Shown here: positions 1 through 11,603 of the stretch, in pieces | Layout of the letters: every line of letters begins with the position of its first letter | Position numbering within the stretch: position 1 is the first letter of the stretch | Assembly (NCBI RefSeq): GCF_000039765.1 | Contig: NC_004459.3 | Coordinates: 3,196,104-3,228,103, forward strand | Source: Vibrio vulnificus CMCP6 | GTDB taxonomy: Bacteria > Pseudomonadota > Gammaproteobacteria > Enterobacterales > Vibrionaceae | Reading direction: 5' to 3' | Length of the DNA stretch: 32,000 nt | Position numbers and translations under genes: made by a program | The notes under the pieces: generated by a model | Database searches by the model: none | Seen by the model: the letters and a program-made list of their open reading frames with translations, nothing else | What the model was told of the DNA's origin: nothing

Positions 1-2
1 TC

Positions 3-290
3 GACCACCGATTGCTGTTTGCCGGCTCCATGAACTGGGATCCTCGTTCGGCTTTGCTCAACACCGAAATGGCAGCAGTGATCGAACATCCTGATTACGT
101 TCAATCGTCAGAAGCCAAATTGCCTATGGGTTTAGAAACCAATGCCTATCAGGTGCGAATGAAAAACGGTGAAGTGGCTTGGTTTGATCACCAATCTCAA
201 GTTTGGTTTGATTCCGAACCGGAAGCCACGGTATGGCGGAAAATCGGCGCTTGGTTTGCTGGCATTTTACCCATTGAAGAGCAACTTTAG
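3..290 (+). CDS. Phospholipase D-family protein, C-terminal fragment truncated by the left edge
   Basis: The frame is open to the window edge and reads DHRLLFAGSMNWDPRSALLNTEMAAVIEHP. The GSMNWDPRS..LNTE motif is typical of the region after the second HKD motif in ClsC/YmdC-like PLD proteins. Confidence 0.8.
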   Translation, partial: DHRLLFAGSMNWDPRSALLNTEMAAVIEHPDYVQSSEAKLPMGLETNAYQVRMKNGEVAWFDHQSQVWFDSEPEATVWRKIGAWFAGILPIEEQL

Positions 291-313
291 CCCTAACTAG
301 CAATGCCGCATCT

Positions 314-1228
314 TTAAATTTCGCGGCTCTCCATGGCGCTGCTTGATACAACACGGTTTTTGCCACTCTTTTTGCCTTGATACATTGCGGCATCAGCTTG
401 GCGAATGACGTGATGAAACGAGAGTGCACCTTGATTGCATGCGACTCCGAAGCTTGCGGTGAAGTGGTAAGCACCCAGCGTACCCTTCGATTCATTGAAC
501 TCATCTTGAATACAAGCGGCCAGATCGTAGGCACGTTTGGCATCAAAGTTCGGCAGTAAGATCAGGAACTCCTCCCCACCCCATCTTGCGCAGTAACCAT
601 GCTGCCCAATGACTCTGCGAGTAATCTCAGCGATTCTCACTAAAACTTCGTCTCCGACATGATGCCCATATTGGTCATTGATAGTCTTGAAATCATCGAT
701 ATCAAACAAAATCAGAGCAAAGTTCCCTGACACTTTCCCCGCCATATCGGCAAGATAGCGGCGGTTGACCAATCCCGTCAGTGCATCGGTGGTCGCCATT
801 CTTTTTAGTTGTTCATTTTGTTCGATCAATGCGCGCTGCAATGTCACCAAACCCGCATGAGTGCGAACTCTGGCCAACACTTCCATCACCTCGAAAGGCT
901 TTTGAATATAATCGACACCACCGATCTGAAATGCGCGCACTTTATCTTGAACATGATCTAAGGCGCTGAGAAAGATCACCGGGATATCTTGTGTCGAGGG
1001 ATCCTTTTTTAGCTGTCGACACAGTTCATAGCCATCCACCTCTGGCATCATGATGTCGAGCAATATCAAATCAGGTTTCTTTTTTTGGCACATGCGTAAT
1101 GCACTCTTGGCACTCAAAGCGCCTTTCACCAAATAACCTTCGTTTTGCAGCAACTGACTTAAAAGCTTGACGTTATCAACGGTATCATCAACAACCAAAA
1201 TTTCCGTATTCGATGGTTCTACTTTCAT
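314..1228 (-). CDS. Response regulator with GGDEF output domain (probable diguanylate cyclase)
   Basis: N-terminal REC domain (ILVVDDTVDNVKLL, LILLDIMMPEVDGYEL), then a GGDEF domain (TDALTGLVNRRYL, DIDDFKTINDQYGHHVGD, RWGGEEFLILLP, SFGVA, ADAAMYQGKKSGKN). Confidence 0.93.
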   Translation of the reverse strand: MKVEPSNTEILVVDDTVDNVKLLSQLLQNEGYLVKGALSAKSALRMCQKKKPDLILLDIMMPEVDGYELCRQLKKDPSTQDIPVIFLSALDHVQDKVRAFQIGGVDYIQKPFEVMEVLARVRTHAGLVTLQRALIEQNEQLKRMATTDALTGLVNRRYLADMAGKVSGNFALILFDIDDFKTINDQYGHHVGDEVLVRIAEITRRVIGQHGYCARWGGEEFLILLPNFDAKRAYDLAACIQDEFNESKGTLGAYHFTASFGVACNQGALSFHHVIRQADAAMYQGKKSGKNRVVSSSAMESREI

Positions 1229-1266
1229 CTGCTTTCATTGCGACGCTTTTCCCGCAATGCCCTTTT

Positions 1267-3423
1267 TTATTCTTGAAATAACTCGTAAAGCTCATCAAAT
1301 TGATAGTTCTCTACCAAGCTGTTTAGACGGGTGCGAACCTCACTGTTCGCTATCGTTTGTTCGAACAAGTAATAGAGCTCCTGCTGCTGCCCTTGCTCTA
1401 TCGCTTCAACAATATCTTGAGTCGACTCGTGGGTTAAATCATCCAAAAAGCTCAGATCCAAGTCATCGAAGGATGTGTTCTCTGCCTCGTCTTGCCTCTG
1501 TTCATAGTCATACTCGAGATCGAGATGCTTCTTCATCATGTAAAACAAATCTTGCGGCATAAACGGCTTACGCGCAAAATCGTCCATACCTGACGCTAAC
1601 ATCTCTTCTATCTCGTCATTAAAGACACTGGCGGTCAAGGCAACAATTTTTACCTGGCTGTTCTCTGAGGCGGCACGGATTTCTTTCGTCGCTTGCAAGC
1701 CATCTTTTTTCGGCATACGACGATCCATCCAAATAAAATCAGGGCCCCAACTCTTATGCAGAGCAACCGCTTCTTCGCCGTCTCTGGCCAGTTTGACGGT
1801 AAAGCCCGCTTCCTGCAAAAGCGTGGCAAGCAACGTCTGGTTGTCTAGCTGGTCTTCTGCGATCAAAATCTTAGGACTGAATGAACCACTTTTTAACCCT
1901 AAGACTCTGGGCAAATTCGCAGGCTTGTTTTCAACCAAATGCTCACTGGTTTCCATCACAAGACTGAATGAGAAAGTAGAGCCTCGATGAAGCTCACTTT
2001 TGAGCACCAATTGGCCTCCCATCAGTTCGACAAACTGCTTACTGATGCTCAATCCCAGCCCTGTGCCATTTTGCGTAATATCAGAATCCAGTTGCTCAAA
2101 AGGTTGGAAGACGCGTTCTTGGTTTTCTTCACTAATACCAATGCCCGAATCACTCACTTCAAACGTTACTTTGTGCTGGCCATTTTGCAAAGCCTCGCTG
2201 GCAATGTTTAAACGGACATTGCCTCGATATGTAAATTTAATCGCATTTCCCAGCAAGTTGATCAGCACTTGTCGCGTTTTCACGACATCACCTAATACAA
2301 AATGCGGTACTGAATCTTCAACGCGGCAGTGCAATGTCAGTTGCTTTTGCATTGCCTTCATCTGCATGAGGTCATTAATCTCTTCAGAAACTTCTCGGAA
2401 ATTAAACCACTTGCGCTCTACTACACTATGGCCAGCGTCGATCTTTGACATGTCCAACACATCGTTGATCAGCGATAACAGGTGCTCACCAGAGCGGTTA
2501 ATGATTTCGAGATATTCGTGGTGTTTTGCAGTTAAGCGTTGATCGCACTTCATCAACTGCGTATAGCCCAACACGGCATTCAACGGTGTGCGAAGCTCAT
2601 GGCTCATGTTGGCTAAAAAAATCGATTTTGCACGGTTTGCCACTTCCGCTTTGTCTTTGGTTTCAGAAAGACTCTGTTGCAGGCGCTTGAGTTTATCGAT
2701 ATCAACATGGATGCCGTTCATGCGCACAGGGACACCATCTTGATCGCGTTCGAACACTCGCCCAAGATCTAAAATCCATTTCCACTGACCATCACCGCAA
2801 CGTACGCGAAACTCGGCATGGTAGAGCTCCGTCTCACCGTCTAAATGGGCTTGAATCTTATCTGTGGTTTCAGCCACGTCATCAGGGTGAACGATTTCAG
2901 ACCATTTTTCGATGCCATTGATGATCTCAGAAAACAGAGCATCATCAGCAAACAAATGATTAGGTTCGAGTTTTTTCTGTGTCGCCCACGTTTTATTGCC
3001 AAAGATACAGCCCGTTGACGGATTGAAATCCCAAATGCCCAAATTCGCGCCTTGAGCAGCAAAGTCAAGCCGTTCAATGTCACGACGTAAGCGGGTATTT
3101 TCGTCCCTGAGCGCATCATCACAAACGGCTTCTTGTAACCATAAATCGAAACCACCTTGCGTTCTTGGGCTTGCCGAAAGCGTCCAATGCGTCGCGCGGG
3201 TAGACATGATGCTGAGTGGCGGGGATTGAGCGGAAAGCTGCTTTACCCATTCATAAAAGATTCGACTGGGATGAACGCACGTGAGTGCTTCCCCTACCAT
3301 CAAGGGTTGATGCCAAAGCTCACAAGATTGTGCTTGCTGGTTATACGCTTCAATCCATCCTTCTTGAGTGATTGAAAGCCAACCAATGGGAAGCGTTTCG
3401 GGACAAATCGTTATCATTGCCAT
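1267..3423 (-). CDS. Hybrid sensor histidine kinase with PAS, HisKA, HATPase_c and REC domains
   Basis: H-box ANMSHELRTPLNAVLGY, N/G boxes (LLGNAIKFT, GTGLGLSISKQFVELMGG), PAS-like segment (GANLGIWDFNPSTG) and REC (KILIAEDQLDNQTLLATLL, IWMDRRMPKKDG). The ORF track starts at a TTG at 3435; ATG codons at 3423 or 3417 are more plausible starts. Confidence 0.92.
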   Translation of the reverse strand: MAMITICPETLPIGWLSITQEGWIEAYNQQAQSCELWHQPLMVGEALTCVHPSRIFYEWVKQLSAQSPPLSIMSTRATHWTLSASPRTQGGFDLWLQEAVCDDALRDENTRLRRDIERLDFAAQGANLGIWDFNPSTGCIFGNKTWATQKKLEPNHLFADDALFSEIINGIEKWSEIVHPDDVAETTDKIQAHLDGETELYHAEFRVRCGDGQWKWILDLGRVFERDQDGVPVRMNGIHVDIDKLKRLQQSLSETKDKAEVANRAKSIFLANMSHELRTPLNAVLGYTQLMKCDQRLTAKHHEYLEIINRSGEHLLSLINDVLDMSKIDAGHSVVERKWFNFREVSEEINDLMQMKAMQKQLTLHCRVEDSVPHFVLGDVVKTRQVLINLLGNAIKFTYRGNVRLNIASEALQNGQHKVTFEVSDSGIGISEENQERVFQPFEQLDSDITQNGTGLGLSISKQFVELMGGQLVLKSELHRGSTFSFSLVMETSEHLVENKPANLPRVLGLKSGSFSPKILIAEDQLDNQTLLATLLQEAGFTVKLARDGEEAVALHKSWGPDFIWMDRRMPKKDGLQATKEIRAASENSQVKIVALTASVFNDEIEEMLASGMDDFARKPFMPQDLFYMMKKHLDLEYDYEQRQDEAENTSFDDLDLSFLDDLTHESTQDIVEAIEQGQQQELYYLFEQTIANSEVRTRLNSLVENYQFDELYELFQE

Positions 3424-3668
3424 TCCCTTGCTCAATGCCCTTCGAGGACATTGTCCTTTGATTGCTTGCTTTTGTTAACGAGGAGTGCGAAGACCTAACG
3501 CCCACCTTCAGAGTAAGGCCATCTCCATTCGTTATTGTGCAAAACATCATCGTACTAAACATATGAGCGTACGCTTATTTAATTAATTCAAATTTATAGT
3601 GAAAGTTGATGCATAGCACACTTTGTCAAAACAACGTTTTCGAGCAAACATCTTGGCACGAATATGCA

Positions 3669-4607
3669 TCAATCTGGTGTAGAACGATACACATCGAACG
3701 CCGCGTTGAGCAGTTGCAAATGCAGTGGCACCAGCGCTTCATGATCCGTTCGATATCCACCACCTACCACCGCGGCAACCGGGATCGCATTAGCTTTGGC
3801 CTGCCCAAAGAGAAAAGCGTCACGTTGATACAAAGCGTCGGTGGAGACGTTGAGATATCCCAGCTCATCTTCATGATGAATGTCGACACCGGCATCGTAG
3901 ATAATGAGATCCGGTTGATGGAGACGTATCGCCATCGGAACCACCTCTTTAAACGCCGCAAGAAACGCCTCATCACCGCACTCTCTTGGCAAACCAATAT
4001 CGAGATCAGAGTCCGGCTTACGAGCAGGAAAATTCTTATCACAATGGAAAGAAAGCGTCACAATGTCGTCGCGCCGTTGGCATAAAGTGGCCGTGCCATC
4101 GCCATGATGCACATCGCTATCGATGATCAACACTTTGTCGACGCTGCCGTGTTCCAACGCTTTATGTGCAGCCATCACGAGATCGTTGAACAAGCAAAAA
4201 CCGCTGCCATAGTCGAAATGGGCATGGTGATAGCCGCCACTGAGATGAATCGCAACGCCATGTTGCAACGCTTTTTCCGCTGTCAGCACAGTGCCTGCGG
4301 TTGAGGTTAACGTGCGTTCAATCAGTTTTTCACTCCAAGGAAAACCAATTCTGCGCATTTTCGCCGCAGGCAATAGGCCCGTCGTCAGCAGATCCACATA
4401 TTCTTGTTGGTGAACTTGCTTAATGGCTTCAATCGATAACGCTTCTGGCTGATAAAAAGCAAATGCCTGCTGCCACTCGAGATGCTGTTGCTGATATCGA
4501 CACACCGCTTGATAAAGATGGTGATATTTCATGATCGGGTAACGATGCCCCTCTGGCAGGGGCAACTGAGAGTAGATTGGGTGATAGATCAGAGGAATGC
4601 TCATCAT
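3669..4607 (-). CDS. Histone deacetylase/AcuC-family protein
   Basis: Zinc-hydrolase signatures GGYHHAHFDYGSGFCLFNDLVMAA, IDSDVHHGDGTATL and YDAGVDIHHEDELG. The start is 5 nt after the topB stop. Confidence 0.9.
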   Translation of the reverse strand: MMSIPLIYHPIYSQLPLPEGHRYPIMKYHHLYQAVCRYQQQHLEWQQAFAFYQPEALSIEAIKQVHQQEYVDLLTTGLLPAAKMRRIGFPWSEKLIERTLTSTAGTVLTAEKALQHGVAIHLSGGYHHAHFDYGSGFCLFNDLVMAAHKALEHGSVDKVLIIDSDVHHGDGTATLCQRRDDIVTLSFHCDKNFPARKPDSDLDIGLPRECGDEAFLAAFKEVVPMAIRLHQPDLIIYDAGVDIHHEDELGYLNVSTDALYQRDAFLFGQAKANAIPVAAVVGGGYRTDHEALVPLHLQLLNAAFDVYRSTPD

Positions 4608-4612
4608 GGGGT

Positions 4613-6583
4613 TTAAGCCGACTTGTTGGTTCTTTTTTGGGTCGCGGTTGACGCCGTTTTCTTGCTGCTACTGGTGCGTCTCTTGCGCTTAAACTCTGGG
4701 CGCTCCACTGGTGGCAGTTGACGCAGCGAGCTCGGCACGGGTGATGTTTTGACCTGCTGCATTAATTCCGAAATACGCTGTTGCAAGGCAGCCATAAATG
4801 GCTGGTAGGCTTGGTTGCGTTCAGCCATGCCTTGCAATTGGTGCTCCCAGTGAGCCGTCATATCCGGATAAGTTGATTCTTGTGGCAACGCATGGATCAA
4901 CCCTCTCCCTGCTGGAGTACTAAGAATGGCTTTGCCTTGTCGAGAGAGTAACTGACGTTTAAACAGAGTATCGAGTATGCCCGCCCTGGTCGCTTCCGTA
5001 CCTAATCCGTCGGTCTCTCTTAAGATTTTTTTCAGTTCTTTATCACTGACGTAACGTGCAATTCCCGTCATCGCCTGCAATAAGGTCGCTTCGGTAAAGT
5101 GCTTTGGCGGCTCGGTTTTACAGTCTTTGATTACCCCTTCTCGACAGGTAAGCACAGTGCCTTTCGCAAGGGGTGGTACGGTATCTGCCCCATCCTCTTC
5201 TTTTTCTGTTGCTCCCGTGAGTGCTTTCCAACCAGCGAACGTCAATTGGCGACCTTTCGCAATAAAGACACCACCAGCAATCTCAAACACCAGTTTGGCT
5301 TCAGCGTATGTGGCAGCGGGATAGAACTGCATCAAATACTGTCTGGCGATCAATTGATAGATCTTCATTTCGTAGCCAGACAGCGCGTTAACACTGGCTT
5401 GTTTCGGCGTGGGGATAATCGCATGGTGGGCTTCGACTTTGCTGTCGTTCCACGCTTTCGATTTTAAAGAAAGATCAGCGCCACTCACCGCATCGGCCAG
5501 CTCTTTCGCATTGTTGGCAATGGCTTGGCTGACACTGGCGGCCTGCGCATAATGTTCTTTAGGAAGATAACGGTTATCCGAGCGTGGGTAGGTGATCAGT
5601 TTGTGCTTTTCGTACAGTGACTGACACGTATCCAGCACCTGTTGTGCACTCATACCATAGCGTTTAGCCGCATCAATTTGCAGCGCCGACAGCGAATAAG
5701 GCAAAGGCGGGGCTTGCTTGGTCTGTTTGTGTTCCGATTCCGTCACGGTAGCAGGTTGATTGGCAATACGACTGGCAACATTTTCCACCAGTTTACGACT
5801 CAAGACTCGCCCTTCTTCGTCTTGCCAAGGTTGGCAAGCTTCGCTCGGTTTCCAACGTGCTTTGATGTCAAACGGTTCACTGCCATTCTGATAAGGGATC
5901 AGCGCGTGAAGAGTGAAGAAATCACGCGGAACGAAATTCTCGATTTCCTCATCACGGCGCACCACCAGCCCCAATACCGGCGTTTGTACTCGTCCGACTG
6001 ACAACACACCTTGATAGCCTGCTTTTTGCCCCAGCAAAGTGTAAGCGCGTGACATATTCATGCCATAAAGCCAATCAGCCCGTGAGCGTGCCAGTGCAGA
6101 AACCGACAGTGGGATGAAATCACGATTGCTGCGCAGACTATTCAACGCACGCTTAACTGCAGGCAGGTTGAGATCGCTGATCAACAATCGCTGGGTTTGT
6201 GCTTTTTTGGTTTGGCTCAGTTTGCAGTAATCCAGCACTTCATCCACCAGCAATTGCCCTTCTCTGTCAGGGTCGCCTGCATGGATCACTTCACTTGCTT
6301 CTTTTAGCAGCTTGCGAATCACGGTCAATTGTTTACTGGCCGATGGACGTGGGCGCAGTTGCCATTGCTCAGGGATGATGGGCAAATCCGCCATATTCCA
6401 TTTTTTATAACGTTCGTCGTAAGCATCTGGCTCAACTTGCTCCAGCAAATGTCCAATACACCACGTCACGATGTCACCATTGCCACAGCGAATAAAGCCT
6501 TGTTCTTTCTTTTGAGGATTGGGCAATGCGGCAGCAATCGCGCGGCCTAAGCTGGGTTTTTCAGCGATAAACAGACGGGTCAT
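4613..6583 (-). CDS. topB: DNA topoisomerase III
   Basis: [22 protein letters not shown]-terminus, [17 protein letters not shown] (TOPRIM), [35 protein letters not shown] and [13 protein letters not shown]. The internal ATG at 6583 fits the conserved N-terminus better than 6610. Confidence 0.95.
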   Translation of the reverse strand: MTRLFIAEKPSLGRAIAAALPNPQKKEQGFIRCGNGDIVTWCIGHLLEQVEPDAYDERYKKWNMADLPIIPEQWQLRPRPSASKQLTVIRKLLKEASEVIHAGDPDREGQLLVDEVLDYCKLSQTKKAQTQRLLISDLNLPAVKRALNSLRSNRDFIPLSVSALARSRADWLYGMNMSRAYTLLGQKAGYQGVLSVGRVQTPVLGLVVRRDEEIENFVPRDFFTLHALIPYQNGSEPFDIKARWKPSEACQPWQDEEGRVLSRKLVENVASRIANQPATVTESEHKQTKQAPPLPYSLSALQIDAAKRYGMSAQQVLDTCQSLYEKHKLITYPRSDNRYLPKEHYAQAASVSQAIANNAKELADAVSGADLSLKSKAWNDSKVEAHHAIIPTPKQASVNALSGYEMKIYQLIARQYLMQFYPAATYAEAKLVFEIAGGVFIAKGRQLTFAGWKALTGATEKEEDGADTVPPLAKGTVLTCREGVIKDCKTEPPKHFTEATLLQAMTGIARYVSDKELKKILRETDGLGTEATRAGILDTLFKRQLLSRQGKAILSTPAGRGLIHALPQESTYPDMTAHWEHQLQGMAERNQAYQPFMAALQQRISELMQQVKTSPVPSSLRQLPPVERPEFKRKRRTSSSKKTASTATQKRTNKSA

Positions 6584-6610
6584 AACAAATTTTTCGAGCT
6601 CAACAAACAA

Positions 6611-6640
6611 AGGGCCACATTAGCGGATGTGGCCCTTAAA
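6611..6640 (-). terminator. Rho-independent terminator downstream of the nitroreductase gene
   Basis: Inverted repeat AAGGGCCACAT-tagcgg-ATGTGGCCCTT flanked by A/T-rich tracts. Confidence 0.7.
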
Positions 6641-6668
6641 AATCAACAAAAACTGTATGTATAGACAG

Positions 6669-7217
6669 TTATAGATACTCAACAAATTTAGCCAGATCAC
6701 GCTCTGGCACTTTCATCGCAGAACATTCTGCGCTGCCCAAGTAGAGGAAGCCCACAATGGCATCGTCTCCCTGTAAGCCAAACGCTTGTCTCACTTCCGT
6801 ATCGAACATCCATTCACCCGAACGCCAAAAACCTTGGAATCCTTGAGCCACAGCCGCCATTTGCATTGCTTGCACAGCACAACCCGCGGAAAGATGCTGT
6901 TCAAATGCCGGGACTTTTTCACTCTCGGTCACTTTCGCAATCACGGTGATCACCATCGGCGCACGAAATGGGGCATTTTTCACTTTTTCCACCACCGATT
7001 CTTCACTGCCTTTGGCCTGTGCCGCCTTCACTAGGATGTCTGACAACTTCTGCAGGCCAGAGCCTTGCGCGATGACAAAGCGCCAAGGCGTCAGCGCGCC
7101 GTGATCTGGGGCTCTTAATCCCGCACGAATGATATTTTCAAGTGCTTTGCCTTCTGGGGCTGGAGCGGCCAATTTACCAATAGAACGACGATTAAGTAGA
7201 AGATCGAGAGCGTCCAT
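6669..7217 (-). CDS. ydjA: NAD(P)H nitroreductase, YdjA-like
   Basis: MDALDLLLNRRSIGKLAAPAPEGKALENIIRAGLRAPDHGALTPWRFV nitroreductase N-terminus; about 182 aa. Confidence 0.88.
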   Translation of the reverse strand: MDALDLLLNRRSIGKLAAPAPEGKALENIIRAGLRAPDHGALTPWRFVIAQGSGLQKLSDILVKAAQAKGSEESVVEKVKNAPFRAPMVITVIAKVTESEKVPAFEQHLSAGCAVQAMQMAAVAQGFQGFWRSGEWMFDTEVRQAFGLQGDDAIVGFLYLGSAECSAMKVPERDLAKFVEYL

Positions 7218-7331
7218 CCAAGAATCCTTATAGTGGTATCGATTTGCGTTTACACTTTAGCATAGTTCACTACGCCATATAACCGCCTGTTTATTGTGGA
7301 AATTCACGATTTACGCAAGAACTGCTCAAAC

Positions 7332-7363
7332 AAAAATACCGCGAATCACTTCGCGGCATTTTT
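7332..7363 (-). terminator. Rho-independent terminator downstream of fadH
   Basis: AAAAATACCGCGA-atcact-TCGCGGCATTTTTT hairpin with T/A tracts on both sides. Confidence 0.75.
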
Positions 7364-7390
7364 TATGTTCAAACCTTCAACCTTCACCGA

Positions 7391-9418
<2,028 letters not shown>

Positions 9419-9423
9419 TTATT

Positions 9424-9442
9424 ATCGTGGTCAGACCAGAGT
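9424..9442. promoter_or_regulatory. Predicted FadR operator upstream of fadH
   Basis: Contains the 11-bp palindrome TGGTCAGACCA (9428-9438), matching the core of the known FadR consensus CTGGTCNGACCAG, 25 nt upstream of the fadH start. Confidence 0.7.
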
Positions 9443-9648
9443 ATGAGCTCTTATCTAAAAAATCAAACATGCGTTTACATTTTTGTAACACCGATCAATC
9501 TTAAGTGAGCTATGCCATTTGGATTATTTGCGTGTTAAGCTTTGATAACTGTTATCTTTTGCATGACTTATTGATGGCGTTGGTGCCAGTTTGGCGATCA
9601 TATCGATCTTTCATGTGAATGGTTGAGGCATCTCGTTACGGAGAAACA

Positions 9649-11499
9649 ATGAAATCATTATTCAAACTCATCGGTTTGGTTTTTAAAGGAATATGGAAAG
9701 CCATTACCTTTGTGCGTCTCGCACTCACCAACCTGATTTTTCTACTGTCTGTTGCGCTCGTTTACTTTGTCTATTTCTACGGCCATGACACTCAGCCTCA
9801 GGTTGAGCAGCCTTCCGCATTGGTGCTAAACCTATCCGGCCCTATCGTCGAACAAAGCCTTTATATCAATCCGATGGATTCTTTCACCAGCTCATTGTTT
9901 GGTGAAGAAATTCCTAAAGAGAACGTGTTGTTTGATGTCGTGGACACCATTCGCTACGCCAAAGACGACGAGAAGATCACTGGTTTGGTGTTGTCGTTAC
10001 GCGATATGCCTGAGACCAACCTCACCAAGCTGCGTTACATTGCCAAAGCACTCAATGAATTCAAAGCCTCGGGTAAGCCCATTTACGCCGTCGGCGCTTT
10101 CTATAATCAAAGCCAATACTACCTTGCTAGCTACGCCGATAAAATTTATCTCGCGCCTGATGGCGGGGTAATGCTGAAAGGCTATAGCGCTTTTAATCTC
10201 TATTACAAAACGCTCCTCGAAAAGCTCGATGTGACAACGCATGTTTTCCGTGTTGGCACTTATAAATCTGCGATTGAGCCGTTTGTACGTGATGATATGT
10301 CACCTGCTGCTAAGGAATCTGCGACACGTTGGTTAACGCAACTGTGGGGCGCTTTCGTGGACGATGTGGCGAATAATCGCAACATCGACCCAAAAACACT
10401 CAATCCTTCGATGGAAGAGTTTTTGTCTCAGTTGAAATCCGTCAACGGCGATCTCGCGGCCCTTTCCATCAAACTTGGTTTGGTCGATGAGCTCGCAACT
10501 CGCCAACAACTGAGAGCGCAACTAGCCGAGAAGTTTGGCGCGAGCGGGGATGACAGCTACAAAGCCATCAGCTACTACGACTACCGAGCAACCATGCACG
10601 ATAACTTTGATGTGAATGCCGATGATATTGCCGTTGTCGTCGCCAGCGGCACCATCATGGATGGTCAACAACCGCGTGGCACAGTGGGCGGCGACACCGT
10701 TGCCGGATTACTGCGTCAAGCTCGTAATGATGACAAAGTAAAAGCGGTGGTATTGCGTGTGGATAGCCCCGGAGGCAGCGCATTCGCTTCGGAAGTGATT
10801 CGTAACGAAGTTCAGGCGTTAAAAGACGCTGGCAAGCCAATTGTGGTGTCCATGTCTAGCCTAGCTGCATCCGGCGGATATTGGATTTCCATGAGCGCGG
10901 ATAAGATTATTGCTCAACCCACCACGCTTACTGGCTCGATTGGTATTTTTAGCGTCATTACTACCTTTGAAAAAGGCTTCAATAAACTCGGTATCTACAC
11001 TGATGGTGTCGGTACATCGCCATTCTCTGGTGAAGGCATCTCGACAGGTCTTTCAAAAGGGGCGTCACAAGCCTTCCAAATGGGCATTGAACACGGTTAC
11101 CAACGTTTTATCAGCCTAGTCGGTGATAATCGCGATCTGTCATTGGACGCAGTGGATAAAGTGGCTCAAGGCCGAGTGTGGACCGGCTACGATGCACTGC
11201 AACACGGTCTGGTTGACCAAATCGGCGACTTCGATGACGCCGTTGCTGAAGCGGCAAAAATGGCTCAACTAGAGAACTACAACCTTTACTGGGTCGAAGA
11301 GCCGCTCTCACCGACTGAGCAGTTTATCCAAGAGTTTATGAAGCAAGTGAAAATCTCTATGGGCGTCGATATTCAAAGCATACTGCCACCGAGCTTACAG
11401 CCTGTCGCCCAACAAATGGAGCAGCACGCTTCGCTGTTGCAAAATTTTAACGATCCGAAAGGCTACTACGCCTTCTGTTTGAACTGCGAAGTGCAGTAG
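9649..11499 (+). CDS. sppA: Signal peptide peptidase SppA, 67K type
   Basis: MKSLFKLIGLVFKGIWKAI start preceded by GGAG; TM segment; duplicated S49 domains; VLRVDSPGGSAFASEVIRNE and MSSLAASGGYWISMSADKI. Confidence 0.94.
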   Translation: MKSLFKLIGLVFKGIWKAITFVRLALTNLIFLLSVALVYFVYFYGHDTQPQVEQPSALVLNLSGPIVEQSLYINPMDSFTSSLFGEEIPKENVLFDVVDTIRYAKDDEKITGLVLSLRDMPETNLTKLRYIAKALNEFKASGKPIYAVGAFYNQSQYYLASYADKIYLAPDGGVMLKGYSAFNLYYKTLLEKLDVTTHVFRVGTYKSAIEPFVRDDMSPAAKESATRWLTQLWGAFVDDVANNRNIDPKTLNPSMEEFLSQLKSVNGDLAALSIKLGLVDELATRQQLRAQLAEKFGASGDDSYKAISYYDYRATMHDNFDVNADDIAVVVASGTIMDGQQPRGTVGGDTVAGLLRQARNDDKVKAVVLRVDSPGGSAFASEVIRNEVQALKDAGKPIVVSMSSLAASGGYWISMSADKIIAQPTTLTGSIGIFSVITTFEKGFNKLGIYTDGVGTSPFSGEGISTGLSKGASQAFQMGIEHGYQRFISLVGDNRDLSLDAVDKVAQGRVWTGYDALQHGLVDQIGDFDDAVAEAAKMAQLENYNLYWVEEPLSPTEQFIQEFMKQVKISMGVDIQSILPPSLQPVAQQMEQHASLLQNFNDPKGYYAFCLNCEVQ

Positions 11500-11511
11500 A
11501 AGTAAGAAGTG

Positions 11512-11544
11512 AGAGGCATCTGTGTAGCAGATGCCTCTTTTTCT
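11512..11544 (+). terminator. Rho-independent terminator after sppA
   Basis: AGAGGCATCTG-tgtag-CAGATGCCTCTTTTT. Confidence 0.85.
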
Positions 11545-11603
11545 TAGCCAAGTTTTCGCTATAATCGCCGCTCTGTTCCCCTACACCTAAGTGATCACTC
11601 ACT

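Noticed and set aside
2000-2542. 180-codon open frame on the plus strand
   Set aside because: Antisense to the HATPase/HisKA region of the hybrid kinase; Ser/Cys-rich composition typical of a reverse-frame artefact.
3566-3575. 10-bp palindrome AGCGTACGCT between the deacetylase and hybrid-kinase genes
   Set aside because: Too short to separate from chance in a 230-bp AT-rich gap, with no T tract for a terminator and no regulator consensus I recognise.
3606-4085. 159-codon plus-strand ORF
   Set aside because: Mostly antisense to the histone-deacetylase-family gene, with no motif or convincing RBS.
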